Virus record (IMG/VR): IMGVR_UViG_3300042691_030776
Strand: one strand, 5' to 3'
Source of the DNA: a virus
DNA: 64,000 nt
How positions within the stretch are numbered: position 1 is the stretch's first letter; each line of letters starts with the position of its first letter. This document shows, piece by piece, positions 1 to 9,546 of this stretch. A program made the translations under genes and the position numbers. Under the pieces are notes generated by a model that had not been told where the DNA came from, made no database searches, and saw nothing but the letters and a program-made list of their open reading frames with translations.

Positions 1-52
1 AAACTTTGACCGTGGTATCAACTTTTGGATCGCTGTAGTTTATTGTGCTCAT
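1..52 (-). CDS. 5' end of a gene running off the window (MSTINYSDPKVDTTVKV...)
   Basis: ATG at 52-50 overlaps the TGA stop of the upstream gene (TGATG coupling); frame is open to the window edge. Confidence 0.6.
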   Translation of the reverse strand, partial: MSTINYSDPKVDTTVKV

Positions 53-1254
53 CAGGGTACGTTCTGTGTATTTGGACCAGTCAGCGTGGGTGTAGCTGAT
101 CTTGGGGTAGCTGGAGTGGTAGTGGTTGAGTTACTTTGTGCTGGTACTTTGGGGAAGAAGAAACCGTCAGCTTTGTTGGCAACTTGTTTCACCGCTCCTG
201 GCAACTCTCCACGTATGACATCTTTGACCACTGCGTTCGCTTCATTGCGAACGATGCTCTGTAGATTTTTACCTTTGAATGTCTGATATGCTGTGCCAGC
301 TTTTTGCACAGCACCAATGATACCCAACACTGAACCAGATTGTAAGTCATTGACTATGCCACCCACTGTGTCAACAAGACCGCCTTGGCCAAGTATGGTT
401 GCGCTGTTGCCCAGCCGACTCAATGGACTGCGTTGAGTATCATAGTTGGCAGGATCAGCAAAGCCTTTGATGTTGGCACTGGGGCGAGACGTATCAATTT
501 TACCTTGATAGTATTTCACTGTTTCATAACGCACCGTCATCTGATGTTCCATAAGTCCATTGCCTTGGCTGTAGTCATATGTATCATGGCGCCACTCAGT
601 GATCATAGGATTGATCAACACATAAGCGCAGAAGTCATGTTGACTCATACCATAAATGGTTATGTCTTTGAAGAACGGTGGTTTACCAGACACTCCAGCG
701 GCACCATCGCTGTAGCTCTCGCCGACATAGCCCCAGTCGTTGACCGTACGGCCATCTTCATAGATATCTCTGCCGTTGTAACTGAGTTTGGGATCGCCAC
801 CATTGCCGCTTTGTCCTAGGCTGCCTTGTGTCACAGGCACCCCCCAGTATTGTTGGGTTGGATCTTTGTAGTAGTAAGCAAAATAGTTATACCACATGTT
901 ACGGATCAAATCGTTTCCGTCGTCATGAAAGGTAAACTGACAAGGATTATAGTTAATCTTTTTCTGGATCAATCGTTTACGGTTGTACTGATTCATTGTT
1001 TCTACATCAATGTCATAGTTTGGTAACTGCACTGTTTTGACTAGGAGACCAATGTCCTCTTGGTCCGCTCGATTGAAAACTTCTTTGAGCTTGGGAATCT
1101 CTACAGTGTTGAGATTGAAATAGACGTGAAAAAGAAACTTATAACGAGGCGCCAGCTGATAACCGTTGGCACGGAAAGTCTTGCTGGCGTGTGTGTAGTC
1201 CTTTAGATAATCACTTCCAAAGAACCCCTTTAGGAAGTCCGCTCCAAAGGCCAT
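52..1254 (-). CDS. tail tube-like / tube-associated baseplate protein (gp19/gp54-like fold)
   Basis: 400 aa; FLFHVYF, VKTVQLP, QYNRKR, FTFHDD and YETVKY pattern typical of tube-fold paralogues; directly downstream of the tail tube gene. Confidence 0.65.
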   Translation of the reverse strand: MAFGADFLKGFFGSDYLKDYTHASKTFRANGYQLAPRYKFLFHVYFNLNTVEIPKLKEVFNRADQEDIGLLVKTVQLPNYDIDVETMNQYNRKRLIQKKINYNPCQFTFHDDGNDLIRNMWYNYFAYYYKDPTQQYWGVPVTQGSLGQSGNGGDPKLSYNGRDIYEDGRTVNDWGYVGESYSDGAAGVSGKPPFFKDITIYGMSQHDFCAYVLINPMITEWRHDTYDYSQGNGLMEHQMTVRYETVKYYQGKIDTSRPSANIKGFADPANYDTQRSPLSRLGNSATILGQGGLVDTVGGIVNDLQSGSVLGIIGAVQKAGTAYQTFKGKNLQSIVRNEANAVVKDVIRGELPGAVKQVANKADGFFFPKVPAQSNSTTTTPATPRSATPTLTGPNTQNVP

Positions 1255-1259
1255 ATTCG

Positions 1260-1877
1260 TTAACCTGTTACTACGTCGCCAAGTGTTCTGCCCACTGTTG
1301 CGCCAACACCAGAACCAATAGGAGTTTGGATAGCGTTGTCGAAGCGGATGTTCATGGTGATAGTAACTGCCGCACTCTCTGCGTAGTTAAGGTCGTTGTA
1401 GTTGACTGAAGTCAAATAGCAACCGTACAGTTCCCAAGTTTCGAGAACCACAGGAGTGGCTACACCGTTGCCACCGTCGAGTATTTCGCAACGTGTGGTA
1501 AACTTGTAGTCGATACCTGAGCTTGCAGAAGCCTGTTCCATAAAGTCCAACTGCTTCTGTAGTTGTTCGCCAACCAGCTTGGAAACATTGCCACCTGCAT
1601 CATCACGCAAGTTGACAGTAATAGCTTCCCAACTATACTTGCCAGCCAAATAGATGGTGGAGTTGTAGATTGGTACTTGCATTTCTTCAAAGCTCACCGA
1701 AGGGCGTGTGAAGTCGATGACTTGTTTGGTCAGTTCGGTCCTTGGTGTGCTGACTCCAAGATTCTCAAACACCGCACGGAAGCGATACTTGAGCTTTGGC
1801 ATGAGCAAGCCTTGTGTTGGGCTTGACTGATCACTGGCCAAAGGCACGGTCATTCTAGTTAATGATGCGATGGACAT
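1260..1877 (-). CDS. gp19: tail tube protein (T4 gp19-like)
   Basis: 205 aa; PKLKYRFR, YLAGKYSWEAITVNLRDD, WELYGCY, DLNY and IRFDNA motifs; follows the sheath gene; SD AGGAG. Confidence 0.85.
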   Translation of the reverse strand: MSIASLTRMTVPLASDQSSPTQGLLMPKLKYRFRAVFENLGVSTPRTELTKQVIDFTRPSVSFEEMQVPIYNSTIYLAGKYSWEAITVNLRDDAGGNVSKLVGEQLQKQLDFMEQASASSGIDYKFTTRCEILDGGNGVATPVVLETWELYGCYLTSVNYNDLNYAESAAVTITMNIRFDNAIQTPIGSGVGATVGRTLGDVVTG

Positions 1878-1898
1878 GTTTGTCTCCTATTATGTAAT

Positions 1899-1906
1899 TA
1901 TTTATG
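1899..1906 (-). promoter_or_regulatory. T4-type late promoter CATAAATA for the tail tube gene
   Basis: one mismatch to T4 TATAAATA; lies between the sheath terminator and the tube SD. Confidence 0.65.
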
Positions 1907-1918
1907 GCAGATGAGATC

Positions 1919-1947
1919 AAAAAAAATGGGGCCAAAGCCCCATTTTT
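1919..1947 (-). terminator. intrinsic terminator after the sheath gene
   Basis: AAAAATGGGGC-TTTG-GCCCCATTTTTTTT hairpin with U-tract on the minus strand. Confidence 0.8.
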
Positions 1948-1964
1948 CTGCATTATCGATACCG

Positions 1965-4900
1965 TTAGACGGTACTTGACGTTGCGACCTGACCTGCTGA
2001 TATCTCACCTGTGTTCTTGATTCTAACAGGAATGTAGATAAACTCAACTGCTTTGACTGGCTCGATAGCAATATCAACAAACAGTTCGTTTCTATCAATA
2101 CGAGATGGTGTGTTGTTTGATTCATCGCACACGACCAAGTAGTCATAAACACCGCGCTTGGCAACCAAATCGTTGAGCAAGTTTTCAATGGAGTTAGAAA
2201 TCTCATCACGTGTGATTTGATCGTTGGGTTCAAACACAAAGTTTTTACCAATGGTTTCAAGTCTAGCACGAAGGAATGCAACCAAACGTGCCACATTGAT
2301 GCGATCCAGTGCGCTAGGCAACGAAGCTTCGGTCTTGTTACCGTAGTTAAGAATACCAGATCCTGGCAAGAATGTGATTGGGTTGATCTTGTTTTCATAC
2401 AACACGTCACGTATGCCTTGACGGATAGCTGTTGACACAAACTGTCCTGTCTGAGCGTTGACATATCCCAGAGAGAAAGCGTTGTCAACAATACCGCGGC
2501 GTGTACCTGCCGGTGCCAACCATGGGTAGCTAACTTCGTCACTGCGCAAAATAGTACGGATCATCATATGGCTTGGTGGTTGTACCACAGTGGCACCAGT
2601 CAAATCTGTTGTTTGGCAGCTTGGGTAGAATGTACCCATGTATGCATCTGCTGTGACCAAGCCATCTTCACTATCAACACCAACTCCCGATGCATTGGTA
2701 GCCCAAGCAGTGATAGCATCAGCATTGTCTGCTAGACGCATTGGTGTGTCACCAATCACAAACGCTGTGTTGCTACGCTCGTTGTTGAGCGCAACCATAT
2801 TGGGTATCAACTCAGGATAGTTGGGTGTAGCAATCAAGTTGAACTGGCGTTGTTCTTCGCGCAGTTCCTGGTTGCTGTCAATGCTTGACTTCATGGCAGC
2901 TACGACCATGGCACGAACTGCTTTACGTCCCATGTATGGCGCACCATTGTCTTGCAACCCGCTGGCAGTGACCCAAGCGTTGGTCACAGTTCCTGTGAAC
3001 GTTGGGTAATCAGTGGCGTTGAAGTAGTCAACTTGGAAGCTCTTGACGTTGAATCCTGAACGACGTAGGTTAAATGCCAACATACCTTCTGGATATAGTG
3101 TGTAGTCTGGAGCATCTGGATCCAAGTAGTCACTGGTCAATAAGCTGGTAATGCTTGGAATCGGATCAGTGATAGGATCTGTGTCTCCATTGGTTGCCCA
3201 TCGGAAGTCTGCAAACAACACACCATTTGGTGTTGTTTGATCAGTGTTGTCAATCAGCACCCATTGATCTGTGCCATCTACGCTTTCCCAACGCTTGATG
3301 ATTGGATACTGTTCAAGATCGCTGGTATCGATCCACAGATCACCATACACAAGATCTGTGCCATCGGTCTGCTTGGTAGGAGCTGTTACAGAAATGATTG
3401 GCCCTGTTGGGTTGGTGTTGGCAAGATTATAACCACGTGCATCGTTGGTCACTGTCTTGTAGCCTTTCCAGTTATTGCCATCATTGACCATGATGTCAAC
3501 TTGATCTGTGGCTGAATAGTACCACAAACGACCGTCAACTGGATCTTGATCTGGTGCTTCGCTAGAAGCAGTATATGTCAATGATACCCAGTTGCTGAGT
3601 ATGACACCGTTGGCTGGATCATCAGGTGTAGCATATTTGACTCCTTCAACCGAGGTATTAAATCCAGCATCGGCCACTGGTGTGCCAGCTGTGTCAACTA
3701 GAATAATGCTACCACCTTGTGTGTGCTGTATTTGTACAGAGCCATCGCTGGTCACAGCGGCAGTGGTATTGGCCACGTTGGCTGCTAGGAAAGCAGTGAC
3801 AAAATCTGTAGCTGTAGTACCACCAAGTGTGGCAGTCACGGGTGATGTCAATACACTGCTATTCTTGGCGCTGGCCTGGATAGTAAACGTGTCACCAGGT
3901 GTAAATGTTGGTGATGTGTCATCACCATTGATGATTGTGTTACCGGCCTGTAGGCGTTCAAAAATCTTGAGTGTGAACGTGTCATCTTCGTTGACATCAT
4001 ACTGGGCATAGGTACTGCCTGCTGTGATGTTACGTCCGCCGCCAGCTGGATCAAGAGCTTTGTTTGCACTCTGATCGTTTTCATACACAGGGCAGTTTTG
4101 TTGTACAAACAATCCCAAAGTCGCATTGTATTTTTTTACAACCAAATCAGTTCCCTGGTTGACATTGTTTGTCTTGTTCCAAACTGAACCTGATGGGTGT
4201 GGTTCTGGACTGCTCGATCTCCACTGTGGCACTGTATAGTTTGGCGATGCTTGCAATACAGGAGCATAGTAAATGCGTGGTGTGATACCGACCGCAGCCA
4301 ATACTCCACCTGAACCGTCAGTGACATCAAGTATACCATTGCCGCTGTCAGTAGAACCATCATTGGTACCACGGCTGTCAATGTAGATTACTAACTTTCC
4401 GCTAACATTCTGAGCACTGATGCCTGAGTTGCTGGCCATGGTAGAGTTAATGGTTGTGGCCAACTGAGTAACTGTTGTACCTGAGAAGTTGATCAACACA
4501 TCATTAAGGAAGAAAGTACCTGCACTCAACGTTGGATTGGTTGCTGTGCCAATCACTGATGGCCATGAATTTTTCCAATCATCACTGCCCACCAAGACCC
4601 AACTGTTGGCAACCACTGTAGGATTGCTCACTGTGTTACCAGCAGTTTTGTAGTACACCGGATTGCTTGAGTTGGTTGCTACAACAGCATAGTCACCAAT
4701 GTTACCGATGGAATCTTTTGGCACGCCGCTGTCAAGATCATCTGTGCTGGTAATCACTATAGGAGTCTTAAGGGTAAAGGCTGAAGTTGTATAACTCCAT
4801 TCAAAAATACCCCAAGCAGAATCTAGGGTGTCTAGCCAGTAGGTTCCGTTGTCAGGACTACCAGTTGGACGTGTCAAGCTGGCTGTGAGCTCGCTGAGAT

Positions 4901-5243
4901 CAATGTCGGCACGTTGTACATAGCAACGATTTGAAATACCCAACGAAGAGTAAGCGGCAAGCAAACCATATTCGTTGAGCTCGTAGCCGTTGATTGGTGT
5001 ACCAGCAGTGGTCTGATAAAAGAATGGATTACCAAACGTATTGACCAAGTCTCTCTGTGAAGAGATTAAATAAACCTTGCCAGCGTTAACCGCTGTGGTG
5101 CCGGCTGCAACGCCTACACCGCTACCACTGATCTTGTTCTGCGCTGTGGCGATCAAGATAAATGGTACTGAATTAGTTGGGGCTGGTAAGTAGTTACTTT
5201 CGTCGATGATAGTAACTTCTACGCCTGGGGAAACTAGTGCCAT
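1965..5243 (-). CDS. gp18: contractile tail sheath protein (gp18-like) with large insertions
   Basis: 1092 aa; N-terminal MALVSPGVEVTIIDES; C-terminal PWLAPAGTRRG, LYENKINPI, LDRINVARL, FEPND, VVCDESNNTP and IEPVKAVEFIYI. Confidence 0.95.
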   Translation of the reverse strand: MALVSPGVEVTIIDESNYLPAPTNSVPFILIATAQNKISGSGVGVAAGTTAVNAGKVYLISSQRDLVNTFGNPFFYQTTAGTPINGYELNEYGLLAAYSSLGISNRCYVQRADIDLSELTASLTRPTGSPDNGTYWLDTLDSAWGIFEWSYTTSAFTLKTPIVITSTDDLDSGVPKDSIGNIGDYAVVATNSSNPVYYKTAGNTVSNPTVVANSWVLVGSDDWKNSWPSVIGTATNPTLSAGTFFLNDVLINFSGTTVTQLATTINSTMASNSGISAQNVSGKLVIYIDSRGTNDGSTDSGNGILDVTDGSGGVLAAVGITPRIYYAPVLQASPNYTVPQWRSSSPEPHPSGSVWNKTNNVNQGTDLVVKKYNATLGLFVQQNCPVYENDQSANKALDPAGGGRNITAGSTYAQYDVNEDDTFTLKIFERLQAGNTIINGDDTSPTFTPGDTFTIQASAKNSSVLTSPVTATLGGTTATDFVTAFLAANVANTTAAVTSDGSVQIQHTQGGSIILVDTAGTPVADAGFNTSVEGVKYATPDDPANGVILSNWVSLTYTASSEAPDQDPVDGRLWYYSATDQVDIMVNDGNNWKGYKTVTNDARGYNLANTNPTGPIISVTAPTKQTDGTDLVYGDLWIDTSDLEQYPIIKRWESVDGTDQWVLIDNTDQTTPNGVLFADFRWATNGDTDPITDPIPSITSLLTSDYLDPDAPDYTLYPEGMLAFNLRRSGFNVKSFQVDYFNATDYPTFTGTVTNAWVTASGLQDNGAPYMGRKAVRAMVVAAMKSSIDSNQELREEQRQFNLIATPNYPELIPNMVALNNERSNTAFVIGDTPMRLADNADAITAWATNASGVGVDSEDGLVTADAYMGTFYPSCQTTDLTGATVVQPPSHMMIRTILRSDEVSYPWLAPAGTRRGIVDNAFSLGYVNAQTGQFVSTAIRQGIRDVLYENKINPITFLPGSGILNYGNKTEASLPSALDRINVARLVAFLRARLETIGKNFVFEPNDQITRDEISNSIENLLNDLVAKRGVYDYLVVCDESNNTPSRIDRNELFVDIAIEPVKAVEFIYIPVRIKNTGEISAGQVATSSTV

Positions 5244-5275
5244 GTGTCTGTTCCTTTAATAAAAAGTGCTATTCA

Positions 5276-5340
5276 TATTTAGCGGCAGGCACCAAAACCG
5301 CCGTCTAACCTTGCCCTTACGTAAGGTTTTGCGGTAAATA
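5276..5340. promoter_or_regulatory. divergent late promoters: GCCGCTAAATA (minus, 5276-5286, sheath) and GGTAAATA (plus, 5333-5340, HNH-like gene)
   Basis: TAAATA core on both strands of the intergenic gap. Confidence 0.6.
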
Positions 5341-5345
5341 TCTAT

Positions 5346-5693
5346 ATGCCAAGACCCATTTGTAAAGCCTGTGACAAGCGAGAGGCTGCCATTAACTGCT
5401 ATCGTGACGACAGAGTTTACTATCGAAGCCGATGTGATACCTGTATCCGTAAAGGTCGCAAACAAAAACCAGCTGTGCCTAGATGGCAATCAGCTGGTTA
5501 TAAGAAAAAAATGACCTGTGATCGATGTGGGTTTAGAGCCAAGAGCACTGCACAAATCTTAGTGTATCATGTGGACGGCAATCTCAATAACAGCGAACTC
5601 CGCAATCTCAAAAGCATCTGCTTAAACTGTACTGCCGAAGTCACTCGAAGTGATTTACCTTGGCGTCGCGGAGACCTTGAAGAAGATCGTTGA
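5346..5693 (+). CDS. zinc-finger / HNH-like protein
   Basis: 115 aa; four CxxC pairs and an HNH-type motif YHVDGNLNN-x4-NLKSICLNC; the His usually after the last Cys is Thr. Confidence 0.7.
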   Translation: MPRPICKACDKREAAINCYRDDRVYYRSRCDTCIRKGRKQKPAVPRWQSAGYKKKMTCDRCGFRAKSTAQILVYHVDGNLNNSELRNLKSICLNCTAEVTRSDLPWRRGDLEEDR

Positions 5694-6300
5694 TCTGCTG
5701 ATATAGCTGATCCATGGTTCCATTGTTGTCAATCACACAATCAAACTCTGTACCTACCCAGGCAGTTTCGCTGGCATGTACATTGTGTTTTTCCAAACGA
5801 TCTTTGCTCAACGACCAGGACATGTTGGTAGGACCTGCATTTGTAGCCACGGCATCGGCATACCATTCGGGTTCGGGCCCACGAACAACACGCAGTACAA
5901 TACCCCCTTGATTTCTTATGGCTTTGATCTCGTTGGGAAATCTACAGTCACTGATAACCACATCATCTTGGCTGGTTCTCAGCTTGTTTTCCAAGCTGGC
6001 GATCCAAATATCGTCGTGGAATCCGCGGCGGCAAACTTCGGTACCCCATTGCTGTAGTATCCAGCGCGGGGTAATGGCCAGGCCCAGACGTTTTGACCAC
6101 CACTCATCCACTTGTTCACGCCACTCACGAGCTTGTTTTGTGCGCCCTTCTAGCATGGTACGGTCCCACCCAAACACTGCCGAACAGGCATCTTTTAATG
6201 TGTTGGCAAAACTTTCCCTGCGAAACTGATGTATGTTTACTAGATAATCAGCAATGGTATCTTTGCCTGAACCAATGAAGCCACATACTCCGATGATCAT
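5641..6300 (-). CDS. deoxynucleoside monophosphate kinase (T4 gp1-like)
   Basis: P-loop GFIGSGKDT; SFANTLKD, TPRWILQQWGTE, VISDCRFPNE and HASE motifs. Confidence 0.9.
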   Translation of the reverse strand: MIIGVCGFIGSGKDTIADYLVNIHQFRRESFANTLKDACSAVFGWDRTMLEGRTKQAREWREQVDEWWSKRLGLAITPRWILQQWGTEVCRRGFHDDIWIASLENKLRTSQDDVVISDCRFPNEIKAIRNQGGIVLRVVRGPEPEWYADAVATNAGPTNMSWSLSKDRLEKHNVHASETAWVGTEFDCVIDNNGTMDQLYQQINDLLQGLRDAKVNHFE

Positions 6301-6992
6301 TGTTGATCCTTTAAAAAATTTAAAATATTATCTATTAGAGCCGGGTAAAAAGATGGGTCGGGGTGCGTAGTGTCAGGATATTTTTGCTTGTTTGAACGCA
6401 TATAAATTTCTAACTTGTCTGTTTTTTGTAATTCATCCAATGCTTGTTGTGACTTGTATTCCTTGTTATGATCCAACATCCTGACCACATGATGGGTGTA
6501 ACAATTCAATGGCATGTCCTCAAAGCCACTGATCTGTTTGTTCCAACTGTCAATTTTATACCGGAAAAAACTAAAGTTTTCGATAGATGGCGAAAGTGGT
6601 GCCGCAGATCCTATTACCAAAAACGGTGTCTGATATTGTTCGTACAACTCCTGTGCATACCGATAGTTTTGAGTGTTTAGAAAATGCAAGTCTTCGACCA
6701 AATTTTTCTTTCCAATATCAGAAAAATACGGAGACGGTAGGTTGTCAAAACTGTATATCATGCTGATAAATTCAGAATAGTCTCTTGCTGGTTCTGTATG
6801 AAACCAAATAATGTAATCAACCTTGTCTTTTTCTAAAAGTCCGTATTGCAAATTTTGTAGCTGTCCATGATTACTAGCACCACCCTTGGCTAAGTTGATT
6901 ACACTGTGGCCATCTTGGCCCAATAAATTTTTAATTAGTTCTATGTAAGGCTCCATGCCGGCCCAACTGTCACCTATCACACACAATTTCAT
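6297..6992 (-). CDS. SGNH/GDSL-like hydrolase or acyltransferase
   Basis: block I VIGDSW, block II NLAKGGASN and C-terminal DTTHP; visibly AT-richer than its neighbours. Confidence 0.65.
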   Translation of the reverse strand: MKLCVIGDSWAGMEPYIELIKNLLGQDGHSVINLAKGGASNHGQLQNLQYGLLEKDKVDYIIWFHTEPARDYSEFISMIYSFDNLPSPYFSDIGKKNLVEDLHFLNTQNYRYAQELYEQYQTPFLVIGSAAPLSPSIENFSFFRYKIDSWNKQISGFEDMPLNCYTHHVVRMLDHNKEYKSQQALDELQKTDKLEIYMRSNKQKYPDTTHPDPSFYPALIDNILNFLKDQQ

Positions 6993-7510
6993 ACTAGTTC
7001 CTTTATTTTGAGCATTTCCAATGAGTCGTGTAACAGGTCAATCTGCCTGCGGCAATCTTCCAACGCATGGTGGCTGGCAGGATACTTGTTGAGACTTGGA
7101 CATAAACCATATACTGTACGAGCATCGCGTACCACGTAGTATTTCCAAGGCAATGCCAACCCATAACTTTTGTAAGCATGTTCTAATATGTTCATGTCGA
7201 ATGTAGGGCCGTTGGCCCAGATACGTTTGCTATGCCATATCAGCTTGCCGAGCTCTTCCAAGGCTTGCTTAAGAGGTATGCGATCTGTTTCTGCAAAGGC
7301 TTCTTCTCGAGCCGCTGTGGGCTGTGTAGCCCACCAGTCAATGGTGCCTTGTTCGATGTTGCGGTTGGGTTGGCTTTCGATGTCAATGCGGGCATAGTAT
7401 TGCTGGTCATGATATCCTCGTGTGAATGGATCAAATGCCTGAGCGGCAATGGTTAGAATACAGGCGTCAGGGCCTGTACCCACAGTTTCGATGTCGATCA
7501 TTAAGTCCAT
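6989..7510 (-). CDS. 3'-5' exonuclease, DEDDh family (DexA-like)
   Basis: MIDIET, WANGPTFD, RDART and HHALEDC motifs. Confidence 0.85.
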   Translation of the reverse strand: MDLMIDIETVGTGPDACILTIAAQAFDPFTRGYHDQQYYARIDIESQPNRNIEQGTIDWWATQPTAAREEAFAETDRIPLKQALEELGKLIWHSKRIWANGPTFDMNILEHAYKSYGLALPWKYYVVRDARTVYGLCPSLNKYPASHHALEDCRRQIDLLHDSLEMLKIKELV

Positions 7511-7515
7511 GCTCT

Positions 7516-7543
7516 ATTATAGCATGGATTTATATTTTGTCAA
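7516..7543 (-). promoter_or_regulatory. sigma70-type early promoter for the exonuclease-SGNH-dNMP kinase operon
   Basis: TTGACA-N16-TATAAT, both hexamers perfect, with extended -10 TG; ATG only 5 nt downstream. Confidence 0.8.
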
Positions 7544-7552
7544 AGAGGAGAT

Positions 7553-8323
7553 TTAACCAATAACAAAAGTCAGCGGCTCGGATGCGTCAACATAGAGTTT
7601 GAGTTCTTCGATCTTGGCATCCATCTGTGCTTGTGCTTCGGTTTTGAGTGCGGCGCCGTTGAGGCTGGTACCACCTTGCGGACCTGCGATCTGAGCAAAC
7701 TTTTCACGTGCTTCACCAATGATCATCTTGGCAGCCGCGACCATGTAATCTCGGATCCATTGGCTGATTTGATAGTTTGTGAGTAGAGCGATCTCTGGCT
7801 TGAGCTGGTAAACCCATAACAGAACTGTTTCACCCGAACCTTTGGGATCGCGCATGAGCTGTATCTGCTTGGTCACAGGATTCCAACTGTAGTTTATAAA
7901 GCCACCAAACATACGAGCGGCCAGTTCTACATATTGTGTATAGAAATCATAGGTAGCAAGGCCCCCGGCACTGCTATAGTTTAGCAAATAGGTGTTAAGG
8001 GTCGCAGAACTAAAAGGATCAAAGCTAGATGAATAGGGTCCTGTGGAGTTACCAATGGTTCTTCGGAACACTTGTCTCACGCTCTGTACTTCTTGAGGCA
8101 AGGTATAGATGTTTACATCTTCCAGGAGTTCTAAAAAGATATAACACTCTTCGTAGGCGTTCTGTGCTCGCTGACGATAGACACCCATGGTGCGCTGGTA
8201 AGCCGCTTCATAGTGCGCTGGATCCAGCTCAAGATCAACGATCTGATCACCCAAGGTCAAGCGCACATATTCAATGAGATTTTGTTTAAGGGTATCTAGT
8301 GTTGATTCGTTTTGATCCGGCAT
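7553..8323 (-). CDS. neck / head-tail adaptor protein (gp13-like)
   Basis: 256 aa; LTLGDQIVDLELD, WIRDY, GEAREKF and GPQGGTSLNG motifs. Confidence 0.75.
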   Translation of the reverse strand: MPDQNESTLDTLKQNLIEYVRLTLGDQIVDLELDPAHYEAAYQRTMGVYRQRAQNAYEECYIFLELLEDVNIYTLPQEVQSVRQVFRRTIGNSTGPYSSSFDPFSSATLNTYLLNYSSAGGLATYDFYTQYVELAARMFGGFINYSWNPVTKQIQLMRDPKGSGETVLLWVYQLKPEIALLTNYQISQWIRDYMVAAAKMIIGEAREKFAQIAGPQGGTSLNGAALKTEAQAQMDAKIEELKLYVDASEPLTFVIG

Positions 8324-8350
8324 TGGGAACTCCTGTTCCCAGTATTTACC
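8324..8350 (-). promoter_or_regulatory. late promoter GGTAAATA followed by an RBS-occluding hairpin TGGGAAC-AGGA-GTTCCCA
   Basis: 7-bp perfect stem around the AGGAG SD, abutting the ATG; the TAAATA overlaps the upstream gene's stop codon. Confidence 0.7.
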
Positions 8351-9521
8351 AGGCTTTAAGGATGATCAAATTCTCATTGCCACGGCCGTTGAACTTGACT
8401 TCTGTGGCTTTGATATCCTTGAAATACTTGCGCTGTGCGGGTTTGCCACCGGCCAACAGAGCTTTGAGCTGTTCTGCGGGTTTGCGCAGAGTTTTTTGAT
8501 TAGTTCCGCCAGTGTCAAACCCCACGATGCTAGAGCCTTTGACAGAGAACGATCCCAAGTGTTGATCTGCCATGACATGGATGAGCTTGCGTTTTTTGGT
8601 ATCATACAGCCAAGCTTCACTAGCACCCACAAGTTTGGCCGGAGATTCTGAGGAGAGTTTGAGTTCAGGAAACTCTTTGAGGAACTTGAACTTACCAGCT
8701 TGTTTTTCGGGGCTCACTGCTTTTTTAGCACGGGGCTTGCGTTCAACTTTCTTGATCTGTACATAGTTACTGCAATCAGCGATGACCTGCTCGCTGAACT
8801 TTAGGAAGTTCTTGAGCTGTGTTTTGGTCCACGGGCTGTAGCCTTCTACCAACTGTGCATCACGACCTGCGATAGCTTGCTCGATCTCGTCCACACGTTT
8901 TTTCCAATGATCAACAATGGTGCTCACCATTTGGGGTGCCACGTTCATGCCACGGAGCAAGGTAATGGGCTTGTAGTCTGCGCTCATTTTAGCACCAGCT
9001 ACGATGAAGTCATCAAACATGCCTTCGATTTCTCCGGCACATTCTGAAACTTTTTCACGCAGACGATCCTGGATGGTGATGCGGGCAGTTTCAGCTTGCT
9101 TTTCAGCTTTGGCATCAGCAGACGCCTGTGCTTTGTCTGACAGTTTTTTAGCGGGCTTGTGCTTGTTCAGTAACTCAGACACATGATTTTCAATGTACAA
9201 GAGTTCGTGTTCGGTGAGTTCTAGACCCATGGTATTCATGCGGCACAGCCAGCCCATGGTGCTGGGTATGCTTTGTTCTGGCACACTACGAAACGCTTTG
9301 GCATTTTTGTCTTCGTGACGATCTAGCCAGTCTGCCACAAACTCCTTGACTTCTTTTTTGCCCAGATAATAGTTGTACCAGTTGAACGCATTGGCCAAAC
9401 TGCTGACCCGTCGCTCGGCCTCGGGTTGGAACTTCCAAGCAGGCTCATCGCCCATGTATTTGGTGTCAGCAGAACGGATATGCAAAGGTTTTGCGGGCTT
9501 GAGTGCAGTGGCTGATTTCAT
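8346..9521 (-). CDS. hypothetical basic helical protein, probably early-expressed
   Basis: 391-aa Lys-rich ORF; SD GGAG; has its own sigma70-type promoter. Confidence 0.75.
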   Translation of the reverse strand: MKSATALKPAKPLHIRSADTKYMGDEPAWKFQPEAERRVSSLANAFNWYNYYLGKKEVKEFVADWLDRHEDKNAKAFRSVPEQSIPSTMGWLCRMNTMGLELTEHELLYIENHVSELLNKHKPAKKLSDKAQASADAKAEKQAETARITIQDRLREKVSECAGEIEGMFDDFIVAGAKMSADYKPITLLRGMNVAPQMVSTIVDHWKKRVDEIEQAIAGRDAQLVEGYSPWTKTQLKNFLKFSEQVIADCSNYVQIKKVERKPRAKKAVSPEKQAGKFKFLKEFPELKLSSESPAKLVGASEAWLYDTKKRKLIHVMADQHLGSFSVKGSSIVGFDTGGTNQKTLRKPAEQLKALLAGGKPAQRKYFKDIKATEVKFNGRGNENLIILKAW

Positions 9522-9546
9522 AGCGGCTCCATGATGATAATGTAGT

